In this document: piece after piece, positions 10,410-22,126 of the stretch | Numbering within the stretch: position 1 is the stretch's first letter | Layout: the number at the start of each line of letters is the position of its first letter | Origin: Psammoneis japonica | Taxonomy: Eukaryota | Direction of reading: 5' to 3' | DNA length: 64,000 bases | NCBI GenBank assembly: GCA_008632985.1 | Contig: QPGO01000034.1 | Span: forward strand, 1-64,000 | Made by a program: the position numbers and the translations under genes | The notes under the pieces: model-generated | What the model was told of the DNA's origin: nothing | What the model saw: only the letters and a program-made list of their open reading frames with translations | Database searches by the model: none

Positions 10410-13400
10410 ATGGCTGCCATCGATCCAGCTGTTCTGGCGAAGGCGTTTGCCGATGCAATGGCCACCAACGCCGCGGCGACCGCTCCTCCGGCTCCAACCA
10501 AGCCGTTACGTGGTGGAATTCACCCAACCCACGGGGTTTACATTGGTGGTTCCAAACTCAACAACAACTGCGAACAATCCAACGACAGAACCTGCCGACT
10601 CGCCTCTCAGCGCCGTCATCCCAAGGCTCTCGACTCGATAGAACGATCTCTCCGCGATCAACAAGCTTCCGCAATGACTTCCAAGTTCAACGGTTGACTT
10701 GAGATTTCGGACGGTCCCATCAACGAGCTTGACAAGGACCATTTCGTCAAGACCATTCGAGATCCAGCAGAAGCCCACGGTCAGCAGACGCACTGCCATG
10801 TCAAGGACAGCGACGACAAGGTTCAATGCATCTTCGACCATCTTCACGAGTTTGCTGTGACCGATCTCGTGAACGAGTACACGGTCAGGAAAGCAGCCAC
10901 CGATGATGCCAAGTGCGACGAGATCGAGCTCGACGACATCGGGCTCTCTCAACTTCTCGTTCACTCAAGAATCACCAATGCCTTTCGCGAGAAAATCGAG
11001 ACCAAGTTCAACCATCTTTCGGACTACCAAGACTACCCTGGATCTGTTCTATTCATGATGGCTCTCGACACTTGCAACACCAGTGCTCTAACGGACATTG
11101 AGACGGCTGAGAAGCAGCTAGAAGACCTCAGTTTGGTTGACTGTCCCGGCGAGGATTGCATGGACTTTGCCACCGAAGCTCTTCGCATCGTGAAAATTGT
11201 GCAGACCGACTGCGCGCTTCCGGCGATTACAAGCTCCAAGCCGCTCCACAAGATCTCCTCTGCGTCCTCTGAACACTTCAATCGCCGCGTCTACAACAAG
11301 CTTGACGACGTCAAGGCTGTGGAACACAAGTGCCGCCTCAAGAATCCTGCTGACATCGTGTCCGACAGCGATCACAGAACGCTCGGACCGGTCGGCATCA
11401 TTGCGTGGATTCAAGAGCAACACAATGAACTCGTGAAGGACGGGGAATGGCCTGCATTAGTCGCCAAGCTACCCGAGAGTAATCTTTCGACTACGGATGA
11501 CCCTGGGAAGACGAAGCACTGTTGTGGTTGCGGTCTCGAGGGGTGCACCAAGAAGACGTGTCCGAAGTGCAACGCCAAACCGCCGCGCGACGATCCTCCT
11601 CCCAATCCGCCGCCTGCAGCCGACCCTTCCAAGAAGAAGAGGCGATCCATCGCTGCCTGGCGCACTAAATTTGACGGAGAAACGAAGAAGGACAAGAATG
11701 GCAAGGAATGGAAGTGGTGTGCCACGTGCAAGGCGAAGGGTGCCGACAAACCTGGAATCTGCCAGCAGCACTCTACCGCGGAACATGCCGACGACCGCAG
11801 GCAACCTCCCAAGGAGACCCCAGCAGGGAATTTGTCTTCCGTTGCTGATCCGGACAGTGGCGTGCCCATGGGTCCGCCCGCTCAGACTGCCAAGGAACCA
11901 GAGGGAGACGAATCCGACCCCAACGAGTTGGTTTTCACGGGAATGTGGTGCGCGGCTGCGGATCCCGTTGCCGACCCGGATTTCTGTTCCGCCCCTGTTG
12001 CCACTGCAATTGTTGTTACTCCGGCTTCTTCGGCCGAGAGGGAGAGCGATGCAGTCGTTAGCACTGAGGTGGTTTGCATCGAAACGAGCCCACCTGTGCT
12101 CACCTCAGTCGTGGATCCAGTCGTGTCTCCCATCGTGGTTGAGACTGTCACTCCCGAAGACGCCGATGACTTCTACGAATGCTCCGACGCTTTCTCTACC
12201 TTTGAAAACGAACCACCGGCTATTGAGTTGTTTCCGGCCTCGAAGCTGTACTCTGTCAAGCATCCAGATGAGTTCTTTGACGCTCCCGCACATTTGACGG
12301 ATGTGCTGTCAGACGACACCAAGTTAGATCTCATCCTTGAACACGACGTACACTTTGAAGACGCATGCTACGACTTGCCTCCGTGTGTTACGTATCGTGG
12401 CTTCGATTTCTACGATCCAGAGGTCCTGGATACGGATGATTGTCACGAGGACGTCGAAGACGAGCCCACTTCGCGTCGCTCACTCTTGGGTCGAGTCAAG
12501 CCATTCACATTCTGGCTCGCCGCCATGTTTTGGGAAACGGTGCTACATCTTTGCTTTGCTCCGATCCCATGCATCCCTCGAGCTCTTCGCCGCCAGCGCA
12601 AACTCCCAACTTTGCACGGGTTTCCAGCCTCCTGGATGGTCCCATCCGTTGCAGTGATGGCATGGTCAGCAGTTTGCGCCGGTCAACAGCCCGAGCATCC
12701 ATTCTCGAACGCACCAAGTCGTTTTTCGACCGCTGGCTCTCAAGTCTGCCACATTGTGGAAGAGCTAGATGACCGGATAGTGTTAGATACGGGGTCACTG
12801 TTCGAATGTCACAGGATCAAAGGCACGCAAGTACTCACCGAGTTTGTCGCGCGCCATCCGTCACACGCACTGAGCACTCGTCTCAAGGCCTGCTGGGAGA
12901 GCCTGGAAGTAGCTGAACGGTCTGATGCGATAGACGAATCAGCCTTCTTTGACACCCATGAGGAACTGGAACCTCTCGACGACCAGAAGCATTTCTTTGA
13001 CGCTCTTGAGGACTTCAGCCCGGATTTCTTCCGGTTTGACGAGCTCTGTCTGCCGCATCATGTCGTGGACACTGCCCATTTTCAAGATCCTGTGGAACTG
13101 TTGGAGGAAGCAGGTGTTAGACCAGTCGTCTATAATGCCTCCACCATCCAACTACTCACCGGACAATCACAAGCCGACCTCCTTGCATCCGATCCGCAGG
13201 CACTCATCGGTCTGTCGGACGAGGCTCTCACGGTCGTCATGGATGCTGGTGCCACGTTAGTCATTGCCCCCGACAAAGATGATTTTACGGGGCCTGTGAC
13301 TGTTCCCAAGAAACCCTTGCAGATCAATGGGATTGCCAACGGTCTTGCCATCCAGGGTGCCGGTCCGGTTGCGTGGGTGTTCACAACGCCGAGTGGGGCT

Positions 13401-16400
13401 GCCATCCAACTGAACACCATGGCATGCTACGTCCCTGGAGCCCGTCAGCGCCTGCTGTCGCCTCAACGCCTCTTCAACGAAGAGAAGGGGATACGTGGGA
13501 AGCATGAGGGCGATGAAACCACTTTCCGTTTACACATTGACGGGACAGGCAAGTTGGTCGTGCCATGTCATCCATCAAGCCACTTGCCTGTTGCGTCGAT
13601 GACCAAGGGCGTGTCTGCCGCTCCTCAAGTGAACCTTCAGGTCCTTGACGAGGAGAATCAAAACCTCACGGCAGGCCAAAAGCTTCTTCTCGAAATGCAC
13701 GCCCGTTTTGGCCATTTGAACTTTGGTCGCGTCCAAGCACTTCTCCGTGCAGTTCCGTTCCTTTCGAACCGTTTCAAGTCCACAGCGAAGTGTGACCACC
13801 CAAGATGCGAGGCATGCGAACATGCTAAAGGTCACAGACGCTCTCTTGGATCTACTCACAAGTCGACAGTCCCTGAACGCGACGGGGCCCTTCGAGCTGA
13901 CCATCTTCGACCGGGTCAGGCTGTCAGCGTTGATCATTTTGAGTCGCGCCTTTTAGGCCGCACCTTCGACTCTTATGGCAAAGCCACGTCCAAGCAATTC
14001 AAGGGCGGTTGCATCTTTGTCGACCACGCCTCTGGCTATGTCCAGGTCGAGCACCAACTGGGTTTCTCCGCTGTTGAGACGACATGCGTGAAGCAAGCGT
14101 TTGAGAAACATGCTTTGGACCACGGGGTCATCGTCCAAGAATTTCTTACCGACAGTGGCGCTTTCAAGGCCAACGCTTTTGTACAACACATGCGAGAACA
14201 TGAACAACGTCTCCGTTTTTGTGGAACCAACGCCCATCATCAGAACGGCGTCGCAGAGCGGGGCATCCGCAGCATCTCCAACATGGCGAGAGCGATGTTG
14301 CTTCATGCATCAATCCACTGGAAGGGGGGAATTGACAGCTCCCTATGGCCCATGGCAGTTTCTTGTGCCACGCACATCTACAATGTCACCCCAAATTCCA
14401 AAGGACATTGCCCAGCGGACATTTTCACCGGTTCGACAGTGCCAAGACATCGGTTGCGCGACATTCACACATGGGGATGTCCAGCGTACGTACTTGACCC
14501 GACCCTCGCTTCCGGGAAGAAGCTCCCGCGTTGGGAGCCTCGCACTCGTCGCGCTTTGTTCGTGGGACTCAGTGCCATCCATTCCAGTGAGGTTCCTTTG
14601 GTCCTCAATCTTCAAACTGGAAGTGTTGCACCTTAGCATCATGTGGTCTTTGACAATCTCTTCACTGCCGTGCCATCAATCGAGAGGGAGACGGATCCAC
14701 CTGATCACTGGGAACACTCATGCCTCAACCAATCGACATGCATCCCTCTGGAGAAGGATCAGGCAGTTCATTTACACGATGAGTGGCTTGCCCCTCCAGA
14801 GCGTCAACGCAGAGAACGAGAACCAGCCAGAGCAACACGCATTCGCGGGCATTTTGAGCCCACTCCATCGATTGCTGTGCCGGATTCACCCACTTCTCGC
14901 GACGACGTTGCCGATCGAGTCGCACCTGCGACTCAGCAGCCAACGCCACCAGTCCCACCTGCGACTCAAACTCCTACAGACTCTACGGACTCTACGCCAA
15001 TTCAGCCACCTGAACCTCAAGACAGTGACGGACTTCCGCCACCCGAAGCGCCGACGGAACCAACAGCTCCTCCCCCAGTCGAGACACCTCCTGTGACGAA
15101 TCCAGAGGGAGTGCCAGGGCTGCAACGGTCTTCACGGTCAACCAAGGGACAGCTCAACTCTGCCAAGTTTGTAGATGAGGTCTGCTTCAGCTCCGTCGAG
15201 GAAATGCCGCTGCCGATCGGACACGAGGCTCAACTGGCATATCTGGCGACTCTCGAGACGGATTTGGACAGTGGCACCATCAATGTCGGCGATCCACGAG
15301 CCTACGCAGCTAGCAAGAAAACCAAGGACCCTGACATGCCTTCGTCACACAATGCTCTGAAAGGTCCGGACTCCGACGAATGGATTGAGGTGATGAAAAT
15401 TGAAGTCAACGCACTCATGCATCGTCGAGCCTGGAAAGCAGTCGAGCGTCAGCCGCATGTGAATGTACTTCCAGGCACATGGGCACTAAAGCTCAAGAGA
15501 CTCCCAGATGGAACCCCTCTCAAGCATGAGGCCCGACACTGCGTCCGCGGTGATTTGCAGAAAGAAGGAGTCGACTGCTTCGAAACCTGCGCGCCGGTTG
15601 TGCAATGGTCCAGTGTCCGACTCATGCTCACTACGGTGTTAAAGGAGGGATGGACTGCACGACAGGTGGACTGTGCCACAGCCTTTTGCCAAGCTGATGT
15701 CGCCGAGGAAGTTCACACAACACCGCCGAAGGGATTTGCGCCAAGGTCGGGACTCAATGTGGTTCTCAAACTTTTGAAAGGACTGCACGGCCTAAAACAG
15801 TCTCCCAAGGGCTTCTACGAGAAGTTACGAGCTGGTTTAACCGAGCGCGGATGGGTGCCTTCAGCCATAGATCCCTGTTTGTATTTCAAAGAGGGCATGA
15901 TGTGTGTGGTGCATGTCGACGACACCGTTTTTGCTGGAGCTTCAGCTGAAGCTCTAGAAGCCGAAATTCGCAAGTTAGGAGTCTCCGACGACGAACATCG
16001 CCACGCATTTGAACTTAGAGACGAAGGAGAAGTCGGTGACTTTCTCGGCATCAAGATCGAAAAGCTCTCCGAGGGTCGATTTCTACTCACTCAACCCGGT
16101 CTAATTGACAAGGTCCTGCGCACCGCACAGATGCAGGATTGCAATGGAGCATCTACTCCAGCTCTACCTGCGGCTGTTGGTGCCGACACGGACGGCCTGC
16201 CTTTTGATGAACCCTGCGATTGTCGCTCAGTTGTTGGAATGTTGATGCACTTGGCAGCGAACAGCCGGCCAGACATTGCACATGCCACACATCAAGCAGC
16301 TCGATTCTCGTTTGCGCCCCGAGCATCCCACGCTGCTGCAGTGAAGCGGATGCTCCGACACCTCAAAGCAACTGCTGCTGAAGGTCTCATTCTCAAGCCT

Positions 16401-17000
16401 GCGCAAGATCATCGAGTTGATTGTTGCGTCGATTCTGACTTCGCGGGGTTGTTTGGTGTGGAAGATGGTCAAGACCCAGTTTCTGTCAAGTCCAGGACTG
16501 GACACCTTGTCTGCTACGCCGGCTGCCCGCTTGTCTGGGTGTCCAAGCTACAGACTCTTGTGGCATTGTCGACTGTGGAAGCGGAGTGTGTCGCACTTTC
16601 TCAAGCTGTGCGCGATCTCATCCCCATTCGTGAAGTTCTCAAGGAGCTCAACCACCACGCACTCGGAAAGTCTGGCCGCCAAAACCCAATCACGACTCAC
16701 TCCAAGGCTTTTGAGCTCGCAACCCAAGGCACCGATGACTCGCCTGTAGAGCAGAATGTCCCACCTGCGTCCGTTGTGCACGAAGACAACTCCGCGTGCC
16801 TCAAGTTCGCACGTGTGCCCAAGTTGTCTCCGCGAACCAAACACATCGGCATCCCGCACCACTGGTTTAGGACCAAAGTCGAACAATTGGAGATCGACAT
16901 CCAACCTGTCAGCACTCTAGAGCAACTAGCCGATCAGTTCACGAAGGGACTACGGACCGATGCGTTCCGTACGGCTAGAAAGGCTCTTATGGGCTGGTAA
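10410..17000 (+). pseudogene. Copia gag-pol polyprotein, one frame with two in-frame stops (TGA 10695-10697, TAG 14634-14636) and many Tyr->His/Cys changes
   Basis: Protease VMDAGA; integrase HARFGH..CEAC, VSVDHFES, LTDSG and QNGVAERGIR; RT LHGLKQSP and VVHVDD; RNase H VDSDFAG, EAECVALS, HEDN and LADQFTKGL. Confidence 0.93.
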
Positions 17001-17021
17001 GCTCTCTCGGTTGAGAGGGAG

Positions 17022-17255
17022 AGTCACGACTCAACGTCATTCTGGTCGCATCTCACGACTGCAACCCAGACTCAGATTTTCTCTTCGAAATAATTAGCTC
17101 ATCACAAAATCGATTCAAACAGAAGCAACGACATTCGTCATAATTTCTAGACAACGACTTTCAACAAGCGTCTGTTTACCTCTGTCGCTATTCACATTGC
17201 TACCAACCTCCGAGGTCTTATCCATCCTACTCAGCTGTAGGACTGTATCTCGACT
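17022..17255 (+). repeat. Copia 3' LTR
   Basis: Preceded by the PPT and followed by the TSD GATCC. Confidence 0.95.
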
Positions 17256-17536
17256 GATCCCCACGTGCGTCGATCTTCAACACATGGTGACGTAGCACAG
17301 CCAATCAAAAGGAGTTTACGAAGAACACCATCGACAGGCATCAAAGACATCCGCCGATGCGAGGCACACGATGTGAGAAAGAACAACAACAACCATCACC
17401 CATCACTGCTCTAGACTACTACAGTACCGGTACTTCTTGCCATCAAGGGACCCACATCAAGCGAGGGCCAAAAAACAACCATCGTCTACAACTTGTACAT
17501 TTCCAATTATTTTTTGTGTTGTTATCGTTCTTCATA

Positions 17537-18476
17537 ATGCTCTGCGCTCAAAGAATGCTGCGCTGTTCAACAAGGCGACCTGATGCTGTGAGGTCAAGAG
17601 CGGCGGGTGCGGCTAAAGCACGTCAGCCTCAATGCTCCTTTCGCGGGATCTGTTCGACGTCCGAGCGACAGGTAAGTGCACTCGGAATGTTCTCTGCTCA
17701 GTCAGCAGTCAGCAGCACTCTCCTGTTTGAGTCTCATGATGTTTGCCACTTTCAATGTTCGTCTTCAGAATGGTTCTGTCTCTCAAGCATCGGTTCAAAT
17801 CAGGCATACTGATACTGGTAACGAAGGTGGCGAGAAAGTCTATAAAAAGGCGTTTATGCGGGAATTCGATGAGGTATGTACAGTGGTGTCGTGTGCTTTC
17901 GTCTGATCCGGTTGTAATTCTCATCATGATGTTGTGATCTTCGTTTCCGACTTGTGTTTGCAGAATGAGTCCTTTCGCAACTCCATGGCATACTCTCTCG
18001 CCTTTGCCGATTCAGAAGGCGCTCACCACAAAATGGCTTTTGCGAAACTTCCTACTGATCTCATGCGAGAGCAGCTTAGCATGGCGGCTCTCTTTCAATC
18101 CGAGTTTGATCATCGCGCACTTCCCCACACGTTGGAAGAGGCTCTGCGTCCTTCGAATCGAGCTATTGTCATTACAGAGACCAAGAGGCCTTTCAGAGTT
18201 GTTGATGTAAACGAAGCTTGGGAAGGCTTGTGTGGCTACTCTTTTCTAGAAAGCCAGGGAAAAACCTTGGGCAGTTTGTTGCGTGGACCCGAAACGGATC
18301 CAGCTTCAGTCACTGCTCTCATGTCTCAATTGTTGCGAGGAGAGGAAGCTGGAACAGTTCTCACAAACTACAAAAAAGATGGAACCAAGTTTCAAAACCA
18401 TATTCGTGTAGGTCCACTGATGAACAACGAAGGAATGCTGAGCCATTATGTTGGAGTGTTGCAAGAAATTCATTGA
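17537..18476 (+). CDS. PAS/LOV-like domain protein with Arg-rich presequence; exons about 17537-17671, 17769-17873 and 17964-18476
   Basis: AIVITE..PFRVVDVNEAWEGLCGYS..ESQGKTLGSLLRGPET...LTNYKKDGTKFQNHIRVGPL...HYVGV matches the PAS/LOV pattern. Two phase-0 GT-AG introns. Confidence 0.85.
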
Positions 18477-19081
18477 GCACGATTGTGCGGGAAACCGTGT
18501 TTGGATTTATGTTCTCGCTACTTTACCAGCTATCATACCGGTAGTAGACTATATGAAACGGCGTTATACCTTTTCCACTCTACATGTACGAACACTTAGA
18601 GGGCACGTTGCCTAGTCTAATTAGTTTTTGAGTTTCTTGTAAGGTTACCGGTACAGTACGTAGTTAGAGATCGACTCGTTCCAACGGAACGAAAGAGGGT
18701 ACAATAGCTCTACAGAGACACAGAAGATAGAGCACCCAGCTTCGCCTAATGTTTCATGCATCGACGACGACGAATAGGTACTTAGGACTTAGGGCCCTAG
18801 GCCTTCGCCTTGTATGGTGCCAGAGTTAGTAGAGAGAGGGCTATCAACCATCGTCTAATTCTAAATATGATTTGGCTACAGAGTGAGCTTTGTTTGTGTG
18901 TCGGCATCCATGGAGTGTTGGTGACCGTCCTGACTGACCGACCACCGACAACCCGCCCTGATGTCTGTCTTTGCATCCCGCGCTTCCTATTCGCACTCAT
19001 TCAACATATTCACGCTCTAAAATATGGTATGTTATTCAGCTTGTGCGACCTGACTCAACAATACAGTACGACGCTTCCACC

Positions 19082-20249
19082 ATGGCGGCGAGCAACTATT
19101 CCGATGCAGGTCCCTTGCATGCACCTGATCAGGAACCGTGCTCTTCAGAAATGTCTGATGCCTCTGTTGATTCCGCAGCTGATGCAGTTGACATGGATCG
19201 AACGAGCAAAACCGATGCCGACGGTATGTTGTTTTCGTTGCCTTTTTCGGTGGTTCTGAACGCATTGCTTCTAATTTGTTTTCTTCACTTGCGTCTTTCG
19301 TCACCTATTTCCTGAAGTAAAAACATATGGAACGTCTTATTCAACTCTTGGTACTATTCTCCCATTTACTGGCCTGTTGGTATGGCCGCTCATGATGTTT
19401 CTACCTCTGCTTCTTTCATCGCCCCTGAGCCCGACTTCGTATGCTTCCGTGTTTCCGTCGAGCTGGTATGAATACGACGCGAAAAACCAGGAGGAATGGC
19501 CTCGACCACTTGGTCTTTCCTTGGGAATTCTTGCCGTTGCTATTGGTCAAGTGTTTGTGTTGGCTTACTTTTATCTGCACAAGTATGGCTACCTTTCGCT
19601 GGGTGTGGAGCCAACTCCGATTCAAACCAAAGGAGCGCCGTCGTATCAATTCTCAGAGGGCGTTACAACTCACTTGTCTCAGCCGGAAGGATTTGTTTTG
19701 CTAACCGGCTATCTCACGACCACGTGGATGTTCCATCTCATGCCGGCGACCTACTACAGCTTCGAGGGGAGCATCATGTGGAAAGAGTTGGCTCTGTGTT
19801 TAGTTATTCAGGATGGGGTTCAATTCGTTATGCACCGTCTGGAGCACGTGGTATCTCCTACCTTTTATCAGAAGTCTCACAAACCGCATCACAGATTTAC
19901 AAACCCTCGATTGTTTGATGCCTTCAACGGCAGCCTGGCGGACACCTTTTTCATGATCTTGGTTCCGCTCTACTCGACTGCCAATATCGTCCGCAACTGT
20001 AATGTTTGGACGTATATGGCGTTTGGTTCAACCTATGCCAATTGGCTTACGCTTATTCACGCAGAATATGTGCTACCGTGGGACGGAGTCTTTCGTCGGT
20101 TGGGGTTGGGAACCTCAGGAGACCACCATGTTCACCACAAGTTTTTCAAATACAACTATGGGCACCTCTTTATGTGGTTCGACCAGATTTCTGGGACATA
20201 CCGGAATCCAAAGGAATTTACCAAACGAGCTTTCAATGAAGGCGCGTGA
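19082..20249 (+). CDS. Fatty acid hydroxylase / sterol desaturase family protein; intron 19224-19317
   Basis: His boxes HRLEH, HKPHH and HHVHH, plus YNYG..F.WFD...GT and transmembrane segments. Confidence 0.9.
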
Positions 20250-20697
20250 GCAGGGTTGGGTCTTTTGTTGTTTGAGTGACTCTGCGTGAAGTTCACGGTA
20301 GAGTCGGTGTTAGTAGCGGAGCCCTGCTCTAGAGTGTACTTTTAGAATCATCACTGCATGAAAGTCTTCACTCAATTCATGTCCGTAGGGCTTTTATGAG
20401 CTCGGAGCTCCCTCTAGCCTCTAGCTAGTAGAGAGAGAGACCTTACCAGACGGCACGGTACCACTGTATCGTGAGTGACGAGCTATGGTTCAGTACGCAA
20501 CCGCCGTAGAATTCCACGAAGGGAACGTTCAACGTGCACCGCACTCACACACTTTCAACTTGCGGCCTAATAAGAGCGAGAACTTCGCAGTCCAGTTGTT
20601 GGGTGTTCGTACGTATTGTGTCTCTTCGAAAGTACAATTACTACCGGTGCAGCGGTCCTTGGGGCATTGGAAGTGAGCAGTATACGGCAAGAGAGAA

Positions 20698-22126
20698 ATG
20701 ACAGACCTTACCGTCTATGCAGAGGCGCTGATTGCAACAGTGGCAAGAGCGTTTTACGACGATGATGCCATTTGTTTGATTGATGTTTTATTGAGAGACA
20801 AATTTCTCCGAGACGATGACATGGCACCTCGGTTGTCGCTTCCGGCCAAACAGTTGCGAAGGACGCTCCAATTCTTACAGGAAGAGCACTTGGTGAAGTT
20901 CGAGCTGGTGGATGACTTGAGTTCAGGTGGAAGTCAGGCTACCAAGTTTTGGTACATTGATTATAATCATGCCGTCAACACCATACGATTGCGCATTCAT
21001 CTGTTGCAGAGAAAACTTGAGAAGGATGAAATGGCTGCGCGGTCAAGCAGCTTTTACCTTTGCCCTGGATACAAAGAAAAGCGATGCAATGGACGATACA
21101 CTGAGACCGAAGCGCAGCAGGTAGTGGATCTAGAGACGGGCTTATTTCTGTGTCAGGAGTGTGTCAATGACTACGCCAACAACCCAAGTCCGCCATCAAA
21201 GGAAACGTATACGCTGCGCTTGGTGGATAACACAGCCGCCCTCAAGCTTGCTGTAGATAACATGCGTCGAGTTAAGGTACAGCTTTCGACGAAAATGGTT
21301 GGGAACCACCAGCTTCGAGCCGGTATCTTTGACCTGCTGCAGAAGGTTAGGGTCAAAGGAAAAGGACCTCTTACGTCCAACCTTCCTTCAGAAAACTTTC
21401 AATTGGGTATCGGCTCAAAGCGATTGGCGGGGACGGGACGAACTGCAGGCAATCTGGCAAAGAAATTGGCACAGCAGGGCGTCGTTTCCAGATCGGAATC
21501 GGGCTCAATTTTGGGCGGCGCAAAACGCACAGAAGAGGGGAGCGGCCCGTTGTTTTTGAAGAATGCAATGGGACAGCAAATTCAACTCAAAGTGGAAAAA
21601 GGCGGTGGTGCAAGGGCAAACCTTCTGGCGACCAACCGACGGCGCCGAAGAAAGCTTATGGACGCTGCGGCCACAAGAGCCGGAATCCACGTGCCTCTTT
21701 ACTGGAAAATGAGAGAACAGAAAAAGCGAGAAAGAGAGGAGAAAGACGGAAAAACCGGTGCAAAGAAGGCACGTACAGAATTCGCAACTCTTGACTTTTT
21801 AAAGAATAACATCGGGCGCAAGGATGACTACGAAGAAAGACACGACCTACAAAAGCAAAATATTCAAGAAGAGGTAGTTTGCGACGACTCAGACGAAGAG
21901 ACCGATGCTCTCGTTTTGATTGATGATGTAGACATCTTGCTATCAAAGACAGAGGAAGAGCGCCGAACGATTTTCCAGGCACAGTACAAGCTAGAAGTTG
22001 AGAGGACAGTTGGCATTGCTGCAACCGGAGCTCTACGAGACTACGGAGAACTCCAATCCTCCAACTCTTGTTGCGGACGATGGAGTCGACGAAGATTTCA
22101 TTAATATCCCCTGGGAAGATGCATAG
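20698..22126 (+). CDS. TFA1: Transcription initiation factor IIE alpha subunit
   Basis: N-terminal winged helix (VARAFYDD..ICLIDVLLR..FWYIDYNHAVNTIRLRI) and Zn ribbon (CPG..C....FLCQEC). The acidic C-terminus DFINIPWEDA* (stop at 22126) is reached via a probable frameshift near 22030. Confidence 0.9.

Larger units (their letters stand above)
10014..17255 (+). mobile_element. Full-length Ty1/copia LTR retrotransposon (CoDi-like)
   Basis: 234-bp LTRs at 10014-10247 and 17022-17255, 5-bp TSD GATCC (10009-10013 and 17256-17260), PPT gagagggag at 17013-17021, domain order PR-IN-RT-RH. Confidence 0.97.

Noticed and set aside
10410..17000. RNA-level A-to-I editing or RT error before integration
   Set aside because: That would be strand-biased and copied into both LTRs. 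The observed changes are on both strands and differ between the LTRs.
14643..17000. Alternative genetic code (His/Cys codons read as Tyr)
   Set aside because: Neighbouring host genes and the gypsy ORF use TAY for conserved Tyr normally.
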